Source: Chiloscyllium plagiosum
Lineage: Eukaryota
Assembly (NCBI RefSeq): GCF_004010195.1
Contig: NC_057746.1
Location: forward strand, 26,804,070-26,868,069
DNA: 64,000 nt
Direction of reading: 5' to 3'
Position numbers and translations under genes: made by a program. Positions 1 through 13,202 of this stretch are shown here, piece by piece (within the stretch, counting starts at the first letter, position 1; the number at the start of each line of letters is the position of its first letter). Below the pieces are notes generated by a model. It was not told the DNA's origin. It was given only the letters and a program-made list of their open reading frames with translations, and did no database searches.

Positions 1-1032
1 ACACCTCAACATTGAAGATGTATGTCGACGGTTTCCTCTACAAAACTTAACATGATAGGCGAGAGAGCAGAATTGCCAAAATTGGTCAATGAGAATCCTG
101 CTAATGCAATGGATTAGATCATAAAACATAGTGGGAAATATGGAAAATAATCACTTTAAAGCATGTATTTACTTTCCAATGTGCTGTTGAATCGTGCTAT
201 GGGGTAACCATAGAAGGATTTTGTTTCTGTTTTGTACGTGACATCTGAATCTCTGATGTTCACAGTGAAAGTAAAACGTGGAAAAACATTTCATAGCCCA
301 GCTGCAATTGTTGAAATGAGCAAAGAACGAAAAGGGACAATAAAAATGCAAAATACATCCATGAAACCAGAATGTTTCCCAGTAAAGCAAACTCCTTCGT
401 TATGCTGCACAGTAGAACAACAATTCGAAATCAGGAGATCAAACACAATTCTCAGCAAATCATATTAGATCAATTTCAATTGAATACTCATGAAGGATAA
501 AAAGCATTCGTTAACATTTACAAATGCTTCACTTACGCGTTCAGGGTTGGTTTTCTGATATTTGTGCAATCGATATTACATAGCACTTGTCATCACTCAT
601 CCTACTCCTGACTTTCCTTGAAAAAACATGACAGTGTAAAACTGAACAAAATTGAACAGAAAATTGGTTTTGTCATTCCATGAGACAATAGGTCAAACTT
701 AAAGTGAGTATGTGAGGCATGGAAAATTCATCAGACTTGCATCTTTCAATGAATGTATTTAATTACTTCAATAACACAAACTCTTATATTTTAATGGCCA
801 TAGATATAAATTTGCATTGAGAAAACGAAGGACATACAAGCTGTGTTAGTACACACTGCACATTTTTGTTTCCATTTACCAACTAGAATTATTTCATTCA
901 TATTTTGATTTTATATTCCAAATGCCAATAAAATTATCTGGTATCCCAATCGATATAGATTATCCATTATTCCTGGGCTCTTGGGTAGTTGATCAACTTT
1001 TCTCACTCTGCAGCAAATTCAATTGGAAATCT

Positions 1033-1160
1033 TCAAGACTCACAGAAATACACGAAAGAAATTGTGAGAATGATGATGACAGAAAACACAGAAAGTTTCA
1101 ATCCAACCAGAATCATCTGCCAAAGTAGAGACCTTCCGCTGCTCACAAGTGGCTGGCTGC
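1033..1160 (-). CDS. Gene A exon 3, stalk + TM with Lys + 3-aa tail (RSQPLVSSGRSLLWQMILVGLKLSVFSVIIILTISFVYFCES*)
   Basis: Strong acceptor ttttgttttccgtag|, phase 1 continues the V frame, long hydrophobic run with one Lys (1096-1098), TGA at 1033-1035. Too short to appear in the ORF track. Confidence 0.85.
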
Positions 1161-2438
1161 CTACGGAAAACAAAAAGATTCGAATTCAGCATTTGCTTCC
1201 CATAGTTCACTGTTACAGTTCAGTGCAGTGCTCACTCGGCTTGCTGCCAATTCCTTTTCACATTCCGTCTAGTTTGGTCTCGAATCCTCACATTTGCTTT
1301 CGTTTTGGTTGTCAATAATGGACTCTTTCCCCCCACCCCACCCCACCCCCCCCCCCTCCCCCATTGCCCTCGCCTCGCGCCACCACCACGAAGATTTCTC
1401 TTGTGGCAAGTTGAAAGTGTTCCCATTTCTTGGTAAAAAGGTCGAGATTCAATGCCTACCTGTCCCGGAGACGTGTAGTGACATGGTCAGTTAGGTTAAT
1501 TAAACTAACTACATGATATTGGAAGGAAATTTGTTGTATTTATTATCTAACATGTCGGCTGAGCACCTATTGCATTGAATATGTGACAGTTGCGTGCCTC
1601 ATGTCATACAGATCTTCATTCATCTGTTTGAAGTTATGATGTTGAACAAAAAATTATTCTATGAAATGCAACAGTTTGCAATATATATTGCAAGAGCTTT
1701 CTAATGTGTGAATATGGGCCACTATAACAATGAATTATCTTTATCTATCTAACTATATAGCCATCTAATACATCCAGCTCAATTTCTATCTCATCGTCCC
1801 AACTCTAGCCATTGCCACGCCCTCGCTCTTCACACGCATTATTGCTCTCATTCTCGCCATGTAAACTTACGTTTAACTGTTAACACTGTTCCTGGTCCAA
1901 ACTCTTCCTCAAAGAACAATATTACCTGACAGTAATATGTGCCCGAATCATCCTGTTTCAGATTCGTAATTGCGATGGAAGCATTTCGATTGGTTTTGAA
2001 AGAGGGTCGGTCCACCTCTAAAATCCTACCCAAGAATCTTGCGGATTTATTGGTTACTTTGGTATCTTCTCTTCCATTTTTAATGTCTTTGTGCCAGGAG
2101 AAAGCTCCAATCATTTGATCGTGAGATGCATTGTAGGTGCAGAGAAAGTGAGCTGTTTCTCCCTCGGTAGCTTCAGTGTAGAGAGGTTCTTGATGCACTA
2201 TGATCTTGCTGGCAGCTGTGACTGTAAGATGAATTCTCATTGTAGTGTATGTACAGACTGAGGTAAGTATTACCTCTATGGACTGCTACAATAGCTAAGC
2301 TCATCATGTGTTTTTTCTTGCCATATGCCTCAGCAGCTACTTAAGTTTGCTCTACTATGCAGTAACTACATGAAGAAAAAAAGTAAACAGCTTACTCAGC
2401 AATAGTGTCGATGTCCAGAGTAGATCAATGGCATTCAT
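1033..2438 (-). CDS. NCR3: Gene A: NKp30/NCR3-like single V-set Ig receptor, activating type; join(2438..2396, 2221..1871, 1160..1033), 173 aa
   Basis: Three exons with canonical ag/gt sites and matching phase 1-1 junctions; 43+351+128=522 nt open to TGA. The V domain resembles human NKp30 (CTYNAS~CSFNAS, IGAFSW~IGSVTW, RFLGRI~EFRGRL). Symbol is family-level; orthology is not resolved. Confidence 0.85.
1871..2221 (-). CDS. Gene A exon 2, VJ-type Ig V domain
   Basis: Acceptor cttacag| (alternative in-frame cacag| giving start 2215). B-strand Cys, C-strand Trp, DSGTYYC, FGPGTVLTV. Donor C|gtaagt. Confidence 0.92.
2396..2438 (-). CDS. Gene A exon 1, signal peptide MNAIDLLWTSTLLL
   Basis: ATG at 2438, hydrophobic, ends A|gtaagc (phase 1), 43 nt. 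Confidence 0.8.
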
Positions 2439-2719
2439 TGCTTCTCAGCGATCTAGGAATCACAACAATATTTTGTTAATCCCACATTCAATCGTGATAT
2501 TTAATGGAATGTCAAAGTACAACGGTTATACAATAAAGCTTCCCTATGTCACCGATAATTGCTTACTATCTCAACACGGACATCACAGCATGCTCCTACA
2601 TACTGATTAATATCAGTAAGATATCCTTACATTCTTAATTCTGAAGATATTTGTTAGCTCTTTAACTATCTTACTGACAAGTATATTAAGACTTGTTACA
2701 TATGCAGGATGCATACATG

Positions 2720-2840
2720 TTTGTTCCTGTGACTGTTTAATTTGAAACTCAGGATTTAAAAGAAATCCCTGAGAAATCGGAAAGGAAAATAGACCACAAA
2801 AAAAACCCGTTTCGTTTTGACAACCGTGATGAACCACAAA
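2720..2840 (-). promoter_or_regulatory. Putative gene A promoter: two RUNX cores (ACCACA at 2793-2798 and 2833-2838), an IRF-like GTTTCGTTTT and an ETS core
   Basis: Motif matches 280-400 bp upstream of the ATG; function is inferred only. Confidence 0.35.
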
Positions 2841-4319
2841 ATGTAAACAAAACAGACAATTATATCGCTGCTATGAATGTTCAGCATTATAATAAGTAGG
2901 TTTTGTAATAATTCACTGAAGGGGCAAGTATCCAGACAATTAAACTGAAAACGAGCATGCTTAATTGCATTTAGAAACACCTCAGTGAATTAAGTGTTTT
3001 GATTAATAACTATGGTGAATACGATTTTCTCTCTGAAAGTGTCACAACATGGAATCAAAACGAGATCAATTAGCCTATCGTGCATGGTCTTATTCCGGAG
3101 CCAGTTTTACTTCTAAGCTACAGCATAAACATCTCTCACAAATACCCAAATCAGGATTTTACCTGAATCGAATCATTTTTGGCATCAAACTATTATATTT
3201 TCGTATTAGGTTTCATCAAAGGTTGCTTGAAATCAAATGAAAACAAAGACCATAACTACTTTTTTAAAAAAATATAATTTTGATCTTGGTGTTTAGAAAA
3301 CGAGGTGATGTTTGTTTTCAAAGAATGTTCACTCAGTTTACCCCTGAGATGGAAGTCTTATGCTATGATGTGTGTTAGAACTGGTTATGTCTATACCCAA
3401 TGGAAATTGGAAGAATAAAAAGTCATTTTATTGAAATATATACAGTCTATTGGGATCGAATAGGTGCATATTTGAGAAGATGTTTCTGTTTGTGGAGGAG
3501 TCTAAAACTAGGGGACATAGTTTACGAATTAGAGGTTCCCCTATTCTTTCAATTGATGAAAACATTGCTGTCTGAGTCCACATTTATTTACCACTCCTAA
3601 TTGCCCTTGAGAAGATGGTTATGAGCAGCCTTCGTTAACTGCTGCATATCTCGGACATTGACTGCACTGTTAGAGATCAAGTTCTTGATTTTAATCACGT
3701 AACAGTGAAGGAACGACAATATAGTTGCAATTAAAGATGTTGTGTGACTTGGAGGAGAAATAGTGATGTTCCCATGCAACTGCTGTCCTTGTCTAACTAA
3801 GCACAAATTTATAAGGTTTGAAAGTTGCTATTGAAGTAGCATAGATGGGTTTCTGAGTTACTGCAGTGCATCTTGTAGATGGCAAAGAAATCTGCCACTA
3901 TGCACTAGTGGGGAAAGGGAGTGTAGATGATGGGTGAGTGTGCCAAGCAATTGGGCTTTATCTAAAATGCAGAGGAATATTGTCTTTCACGAGTTTGTTA
4001 AGGGGCGGAATCACTTTCCCCAGAATGCAATAGGAATTTTCATTTATTCAAAGGTGAAGTAGGTAAATTTCTACTCAAAGTTTATAGTGTGCACATGGAG
4101 AAGTGGAGAGAAGACCATAACATAATCAGCCATGATGCTAAAAAATGCTCCTGCTTCTAAGATATCTGCTCCTATGTTCCTATAATAGAGTTTCTAATCA
4201 ACCTGTTACCTCAGATTGTTCAGGAGGTTTAATCAGGCATTGTATTCCAATTCTGAATCAAAGCTGACTCTGTTAAATAAGTGGGTACATTTGTCACTGA
4301 TAAATGCTTTCATTGTCTT

Positions 4320-5337
4320 AGAGTCATAGAGATGTACAGCACGGAAACAGACCCTCTGTACCAACTCGTTTTTGCCAACCAGATATCCAAAGCAAATCTA
4401 GTCCTACTTGGCAGCACCTGGCCCATATTCTTCCAATCCAGATTCCTTTTAAATGTTGTAATTGTACCAACTTCCACCACTTCCTCTGGCAGCCCATTTT
4501 ATACACGCACCACTGTCTGTGGGAAAAAGTTGCCCCTTAGCTCTCTTTTAAATCTTATCTATCTCACCTTAAACCTTTGCCCTCTAGTTTTGGACTTCCC
4601 TACACTGAGGAAAAGACCTTGGCTATTCACCCTATCAGTGCCCTTCATGATTTTATAAACCTCTAGAAGGTTACCCCTCAGCCTCCGATGCTCAAGGGAA
4701 AAAAGTCCAAGCCTATCCAGCCTCTCCTGAAAATTCCAACCTTCCAGTCTCGGTGACATCCTTGTAATTCTTTTTTCCACCCTCCAAACCCTTCCTATTC
4801 CTATACCCATCCAGATGCCTTTTAAATGTTGCAATTGTACCAGCCTCCACTACATCCCCTGGTAGCTCATTCCATACACATACCACCCTCCTCATGAAAA
4901 AGTTGCCCCTTAGGTCTCTTCTATATCTTCCCCTCTCACACTAAACCTACGCCCTCTAGTTCTGGATTCTCCTACCCCAGAGAAAAGACCTTGTCTGTTT
5001 ACCCTATTCATGCCTCTCATTATTTTCTAAACCTGTATAAAGTCACCCATCAGCCTCCATTGATCCAGGTAAAACAGCCCCAGCCTATTCAACGTCTCCT
5101 TATAGCTCAAATCCTCCAACCCTGGCAACATCCCTGTAAATCTTTCTGAACCCTTTTAAGTTTCACAACATCTTTCCGATAGGAAGAAGACCAGAATTGC
5201 ACGCAATATTCCAAACGTGGCCTAACTAATGTCCTGTACAGCCGCAACATGACTTCCCAACTCCTGTACGCAACACTCTAACCAATAAAGGAAAGCATAC
5301 CAAACGTCTTCTTCACTATCCAATCTACCTGCGACTC
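4320..5337 (-). mobile_element. CR1 LINE 3' ends (two tandem partial copies)
   Basis: RT C-terminus ERLDRLGLFSLEHRRLRGNL plus CR1 3' UTR, repeated. Confidence 0.85.
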
Positions 5338-6599
5338 AGTGAATAATTAATGATTGTAATGTCTGTGCTTGTAAATACGGACACAACATCAATTAAACAC
5401 TACTGAAATGATTCCTCCCCTGTGTCCACTGCCTCCTACCTAACCATTTTCAGTCCTTTGTCGATTTTCTGCTTTGGCACAACCAGCACTCGTGTATAAA
5501 ATGGCATATTTTAACTTCTGTGGATTTTTCTATTACAGTCTACTTACCCAACCTAAAACGCTTATTTTACATATGATAACATTTGTTTTTATACTTGAGG
5601 TAACTTTCCCTGGATAGAATTTGCCATACTGAAAATAAATGAAATGATATCGAAATATCTGCTAGAATCTTGCATACCATTTTTTTCATTTTTGTTGCAT
5701 TGTTTCTGCAAGTTATGAATTAATGTACAATGGACATGTTTCTTACAACGTTCATTTTTCGTGCAGTTTATCAACTAAAATAAAAATAATTTAATAATAG
5801 AACTTCTGCCAAATTAAATAAACTAAACATAACTCACCACACGCTGATACTTACATGTTAACAATTCTGAAGTGGGATAGGTAACTTTCTGTCTCAGTTG
5901 TTTCCACTTATGCCAATCATATTAGTTGAGGTTAGAGGCACATAAATAATTACTGAAGAATTAGTAACAAAATGAATTCAAAGCTGTAGAGGTATTAATA
6001 ACATACAACTTCAATGGATATCTTGTCTGGAATGTTCTGGAATTCTCCTCCCCTTCTCTCTTTCCCCATTTCACCTTTGAACTATTGTACTGCAAGCTGT
6101 TACCTGTGGCTCGTTTGCAAACCAATCACCTTCCGTGGAGTCAAATCAAAAGCTTCAGAAAGCGGATGTAGCAGTCCTACAGGGAAATGTGAAACGCCTT
6201 TGTTCGTTATTTGTGGAGCTTCAGATTGTGGGGGTTGAGTAAAGTTTAGAAATAACGTGAGCAACATGAAATGTGGATCTGCACTTGGCTGACACCTACC
6301 ATGCAAATTATTCAACTGATATTTCATTGAGGTGAATTTGCAGTGACTCTGTCTTCTGAACTGAGAACATGTCTCCATAAATACGATGAGGAAGCTCTGC
6401 ATTTTGTTAATGTGCTGCGGTTAACTTGAAAATACTGGTGTTAGTCGTCAAAGACAGCAGTTTCTTCTGCTATGGGATATCGGGTGAATAGAGACGAGTC
6501 TAATGTTTCCCAAACAGACAGTGCGCACAAGTACTGAAGGAAAATTGGTTTAAGTGCTTTTATTTCTATTAACGCTGAATAGGTATTAAAGTCTATTGT

Positions 6600-6960
6600 A
6601 TTCACCGCTCATAGTGTGGTCTCCTCTATAATGTGGAGAGGAAGCAGAGACTGGATGACGTGTTCTGGCCGCAAAAATGACTCAGAGCTTCCACTTGCCT
6701 GTTATTTCAACAGATCACTGTGTTCCCTGGCCAACATCTCTGTCTCTGTCTCTGTCTCTGTCTTGCTGCAGTGCTCCAATGAAGTTCGGTGCAAACTGGA
6801 AGAAAAACAGCCCATTTTCACCTTGGGAACCCTGCTGCCTTTCGGTTCTCCACATCAAGTTCAATAAGTTTAGTGCCTGAGCAAATTCTCCCATGTCCTT
6901 ATCCCAAACCCAAACACCAGACCTTGTCATCACATTGGCTGCTACCATAAACAACCCATT
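6600..6960 (+). mobile_element. Degenerate Penelope-like GIY-YIG C-terminal fragment
   Basis: KLEEKQPIFTLGTLLP resembles RLEEEHLIFRLRTLQP of the copy at ~60150. Confidence 0.55.
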
Positions 6961-9859
6961 GACATCTATGAATTGTCCCCATTAGCAGAAATTCAGACTC
7001 CCAGGCTCAAATTCACCCATTCTTTTATTTTCCCAAACGCTTTCTCTTTATATATCTTCATTTAATGTATATTCCTTTCCGCTCGTCCCACCCTTTTTTT
7101 AGTTTGTATACCAGCCTGCATTCACTGTGGAGTGTAGGCAACACAGCAACTATTTTTCTAGTATTCGAATCAGACATTGAGTGGATATGATCCTTTGATA
7201 ATTTTAGAAGATTTGGTGATGATGTCTACTGGACTTGGGACGGGGTGATGTAGAGTGGTGGGAGCTGGCATCAACATTGATCATGAGTTCTTATCCCATG
7301 TTCGGAACTGGGGAATTTAAATCCAGTTTATATCTTTGGAATTACAGAAATTCAGTACTTACATTCATTGCATTGCATCAGTTGTAAAACGAAATTAATG
7401 GTCTCCTAACAACCACAGCAAGATGTTTAATTCTTCATTGTCCTCAGGAAATGTTCATCAAGTGCAACTAATGCTGGCCTTAACCAAATCCCATAAGAAA
7501 AAATGTCAATCTTTGTAATAGTGCTGAATGACGTTTTTTTTTTTGTAAACCTGAAAGGACTGGTGGTGTTTCATTCCAAAGATAGCACGTTTGGTATCAC
7601 ATCATACTGCAGTGTGAGCATCAGTCAAGATTACATTCTCCACTTTCTGGAATGGGACTTCAACTCACAGACTTGTGATACTGAAGAACGATGACTATGG
7701 TTTAAGGCAGGATAATAATTGTCAACTCAATTTGAATTTAGGCAAATATCTATTTCTGTAGTTGAGAATGAGACAAATGAACATTCTACTGCTTACAGCA
7801 CAATGCGCTTTCTTAGCTGGAAAGCTTGCAATTGGCTGTTCTTACTGGACAATTATACTTTAAAAAGCAGCAAGGTAGTGGTGAAGAATAACAGTAAGTT
7901 TGTGGTTTGGTGGAGTTTTACAATCCAGTTATGAAAAGTGATGGCTTAGTTAATCCAGAAACCTAGGTAACGTTCTGAGGACCAAGGTTCAAATCTTGTG
8001 ATTGCAGATGCTGGCATTTGAATTCAATAAAACTTCTGGAATTACGAGTGGTGTCCATGAAACTATTGGCAATTGCCGGAACAATTGATTTGGGTAACTA
8101 ATGGCTTTGAGGGAAGGAAACTGTCATCCATAAGTTCATAAAATATGGGAGCAGAATTAGACTATTTGGTCCATCAAAGTCGCTCCATCATTCAATCATG
8201 GCTGATATATTCCTTACCTTCATTTTCTGCCTTCTCTCCATATCCCTTCAACACATTGCCAATTAAAAATCTGTCTTACTCCTCCTTAAATTTACTCACT
8301 GTCCCAGCATCCACCGCACCTTGAGGTAGCGAATCCCGACCTGCTATAGCCTAGATGTGATTCCAGACTAATAGCAATGTATTTGAAAGTTAACTGCCCC
8401 ATGGGTAATAAATGCTGGTGTAGCCAATGATGCCCTCGTCTCATGAATGAATAGAAAATGGTAAAATAATCAAAGTAGAAGTAACAAGAAATGCAAAAAT
8501 ATGTCGTATATATAATGGACAAAAGCAATCTTTGATCCATTAAGCACTGAGAAGAGAGAAATCATATAAACATAGGAAACGAAGTAGGTCATTGGGCCCC
8601 TCATGCCCCTCTTATCCACAATGAATAAGGTCATGACTAATCTGATTACTGTACATTCCTACATAATTCCATAACCATTCCTTCGCTTATCAATATCTGC
8701 TGTAAAGATATTCACAGCCTTTCCTCATTGGCATTGAGGCAAGTGTTCCAAAGAGTCAAGTGTGTGGTGTTGGAAAATCACAGCCAGTCAGGCAGTATCT
8801 GAGGAGCAAGAGAATCGACGTTTTGAGGATAAGCTTTTCATCATTTCCTGAGTTCCAACGACCCTCTATTAGAAATGAATTTTCTGCATTTCTGCTTAAG
8901 TGAGCAACTCTACTTTTCTTTGACAGAAATTCTTAGTTTTAGAATCATATCGAATCCCTTCAATGCAGAAGACAGTATATGGTTCATCGAGCCAGCACCA
9001 ATCCTCTGAAGCTAGAATGAACCACTACCCTGTTGCTCAGACGCCAGCTGCAAATTCCTGGACACTGCAGATAGTTTAGCATGGCCAATCCACATAAAAA
9101 GCACACCTTTGGAGAGTGGCAGGAAACCAAAGCACTTGGAGGAGTCCTAACTGAGCTACCACCCGCTCATTGGCTTTGCATTATATCACCGCATTATATC
9201 TGGTCTGTACGGACTCTCTTAGGATCTATCATTGTATGTTTTAATCAAGTCACCCCTTACTCTTCTAAGCCCATCGATGCAAGCCTTGACTTCCCAAACT
9301 TTTCTCATCAGACAATCAACTCTGTCAAAGTATTAGTCTAGGAACCCTTCTCTGCATGTTTCCACCAGGTCTGCATCCATCCTTAAAAAGGAAGACAAAT
9401 TCTAAACACGATATTCCAGATGTGGTTTCATTAATACCTCGCATAACTGAAATATAACTTACATACTTCTGTATTTAACCACCCTTGTAATAAGAAAAAA
9501 ATCAAATAGATTTCCCAATTATACTAATGAGGAACAAGGGTATAGCAGAAATGTTAAATAAATTTTGTGAAATATTTTTAAACTAAAACATCTTTTTAAA
9601 AAGAGGAATCATTAACTCATGTATGAAGGAATGCAAATCCTATCAATAGAGAAACATACCAGCGAAAGAACTAGCAAATCTCGTGAAATCTTCGAATTCC
9701 AAAAGAGGCAGGAATAATACATGAAATTGTTGTGACCTTCCAAAATTCCATTGAACCTATAACGATCCCACTGAATAGGAAGAGGGTAATTGCAAGACCA
9801 TAACTCTAGAAAGGAGGAAGTCATGAAACGTGGACTTACTGACAAATTAACCTGACACC

Positions 9860-10740
9860 AGTCGTTGGTTTAATACTTATTATTAGGGAGCCGTTCACAA
9901 TATATTTTAAAAATCAGTCGAAGTTGACATGCATTTTATGAAAATTAAATCTTATCTAGTAAATTTCTTAGCCATTTTTTGAGGACACAACTAATAGGGT
10001 AAATAAAGGGATACTGGTCAGTCAGAGAGGTCGTGAATTCGTAAAACACATTTGATAAGGTGCCACATATAAATCTATTACACAGCATAGGCTTTCATGG
10101 GGTGAAAGACACGTATTTATGTGAGTAATGGTAAGTTGATGGGCAGGTCATAGAAAGCAGGCATAAATGTGGCATATTCTGACCAGAAGCCTTTTATTAG
10201 AGAAGTAGCACCAATGTCAATGTTACAACCTTACCTATTTGCAATCTAAATTAATGACTTAGGTGAAAAGACTTAAAAATTGTTTTCTGATGATACAAAG
10301 CTAATTGTGAATCCAAGCTGCAATGAGGAAATAAATAAGACTAGAAAAATAAAACAAGTGTCTAGTCGTATGGATAAGTGACCGTATTTAGACTATTTAG
10401 AATCTATTTAATGAGAGGACTGGAAATATGATTGGTAAAGTTCCCGATTACACCAAAATAGGAGTGCTGTAATTTGTCAAGAGAAATAAAGAGTCTACAA
10501 AGTGATATTACAGTGGGCAACAATCTGACAGATGCAATGCAATATTAGAAACTGTGAATTTATAAGTTGACAGGAAGAATAGAAAAGGTGTATATTACTA
10601 AAATGGAAAGGGATTGCAAAACCTGGTGGTGCAGGAATATTGTGTATCCTACGCAAGTCACATAATGTTGGGATGCAAGTACAGCAATAAATTAGGAAAG
10701 GAAATTAAATATTATAAGTCATTACGTAGAGATGGAATTT
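9860..10740 (+). mobile_element. Old degenerate CR1 RT fragment
   Basis: Remnants of AFDKVPH and FSDDTK motifs; many stops. Confidence 0.6.
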
Positions 10741-11159
10741 GAAGATATAGTGCTCTTGCTGGAAGTCATGGACAAGCACACCAGGATTCGCCTGCTCCTC
10801 TGCTCCTCTGAACTTCCGACGGTCTTGCTCTTTATGCCCCTCATTGAAACAGACACGTGACTCTTTGATTTTAGGCGCTGTCTGTTAGGTGATGATTTTA
10901 TCGCCGCAACTGTGGGTGCATGAACGAGTATATGAACTTTGGTGATGAATTATATGACCTAAAAGTTATTTCTAACTTCAAAACTATGTGAAAAGACGGA
11001 ATACTTAAATTGTACAATGTTTTTAAGGAGTGAGGGAAAGAGATATCCTTATGCAGCCAATTAGTGCATACTGTTGACCAATAAACGTCTACAAGAATAT
11101 AAATTTACACATTTAAATAGACATTGCTACAAATTAACTTTCATATAACGATTGCATAG

Positions 11160-11470
11160 CGAAATGGTAATGCTCTCTTCCAACCACTTTCATCATGCAA
11201 AAGATACAGAAGCTTGAATACAGTCACTAACACATTTAAGAACAGATTCTTCCTCGCTATTTTAGACTGTTAAATGGATCACTCTAATTTCAAATAATGT
11301 TGATATTGCTAATGCTGATCTTGCATTGCAACTGTAACCTTGTATATCTCATTCTGTCTAAGCACCCTATAATGTGTTTGTTCTTGTTTCCTATGACCTG
11401 CCTGTACTGGTCACATAACAAACCGTTTTACTGTACTTAGGCACATGTGACAACAATAAATCAAATCAAT
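11160..11470 (+). mobile_element. Rex1/Babar-type LINE 3' end
   Basis: Resembles 35080-35345, including the cacatgtgacaa..aataaatcaa tail. Confidence 0.55.
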
Positions 11471-13202
11471 TTTTCCTCATCTGAGGCGCTTCAAATTAAA
11501 CAAAGTTAATGTATGCACAGCTAATAGTATATCCTTTTTCTTCGTCCAGAAACTGCGTCTTTGCCTTCATCTGCTGACTGATAAGGATTTAGTAATGTCG
11601 GAGGATGTTGCTTCACCTTATTCTACCTTGAAGATTACGAGTCTTTCCAGTCGGGCTCTGTGAAATGGAAATGAGCGAAACAGAGATGCCTGGCACGATG
11701 TTGCCTTCATACTGCCCAAAATCACGTAGTGTATTTCTTTGGAGAAAGTGAGGACTGCAGATGCTGGAGATCAGAGTCAAAAAGTGTGGTGCTGGAGAAG
11801 CAGAACTGGTCAGGCAGCATCCGAGAATATTCCGGATGCACTGGCCCTCTGAAGCACATCCCACCCAGACCCCAAACCTGCTTCCCTAACCCTGATTTTC
11901 CCATACCTAATCCACCATCCTGCACATCACTGGACAATGCAATTTCGTGTGGTCAGTCTTTCTGATCTGCACATCTGTTGACTGAAGGAGGCAAGCAGAA
12001 ATCCACGCCGTCACAGGGAGAACCGAAAGACACCCAAGGCTGGAATTGAACTCTGATCCCTGGACCGGCAAGGCAGTGATGCTGACCACTGTGTCAACTT
12101 TGGTTATCGATTTGTTCCATGGTTTTCCCGCTGATGATAGATTGTTTATACCTGCTCCCAAATCCAAGAAGAACGAGAGGTGATTTTGGGAAAATGCATG
12201 CGATTCTAAGAAACGTTAGTCCATTGGAAGACAGCCTGTCCGCACAATCAAGTACGAGGGACACTGTTTTCGGTTAAGGATTGAAGTTGAGAATTGATTG
12301 GAAGAACATTCTTTATTCAGAATGTTGCGAATATTTAGACTCTTCTACACCAGGGGGCGCTGGATGCCGCGGTAAGTGTATTCAGCGCAACAAAAATCAA
12401 TAGATCATTAGCCACTATATTGGCATTCATGGGCGAATCAGAACTCGTTGAACATCACCTTTTTAAACTTAATTTTAAACCATGATTCGTCTTTTCAAGA
12501 GGAAGAGAGTTGCGTATCCCTAATTGCTCTTGCTAGACCACTTTAGAGTTAAGATCCAAATCATTGCAGTCACAAGTCATCTGGAGAAGCTAAGGATGAC
12601 TGATTTCCGTCCCGAAAATATCTTAATGGATCAGGTAACTTTTTAAAACAATCATGGCAGTTTCATGGCAATACGAAGGAAACTTACAATTCCAGCAAAG
12701 TTTTAAGAGTTTAGTTAACACACAGGTGGTGGGATAGAAACCTTTTCTCAGCGACCACTACATTGTTCACCTAGTCACGTTACCGCCCCCTGTGGCAATT
12801 TGATCCCTACGCTAGAAATTGGAAGGAATATGCATAATACAAAGCTTCACGTTAAAATAAGATGAAAGAATAAATGTAACAAATTTAATTCAGAGAGGAA
12901 ATCAAGAGAATTACATTTAACAGCAGTGCTTGATTCTTGGAACTTGTTCAGGTGAAGTTATTGGAACAATATGAAGCGCTCATGTCACTAAAATGCTGTC
13001 ATATTTTGTTTTACATTGAATAATTAAGGTTTTCCCATAAGAACGTTTACCATAGTTGGATGGGCGTAAAAAAAAATCATCGATAGTAAGGTCTGCGCAT
13101 GAGAAAAATGGGAAGTTGAATCCGTCAAACGCTACACTCATCACTAAGCTTAGTTTAAAACGACAATGATTCACTCATTAGAAAATGCAAGGTCCATAAG
13201 CA

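Noticed and set aside
261-288. RSS-like CACAGTG + 12 bp + GGAAAAACA
   Set aside because: The nonamer matches only 6/9 and no V/D/J segment is adjacent; the V exons are already joined. Likely chance.
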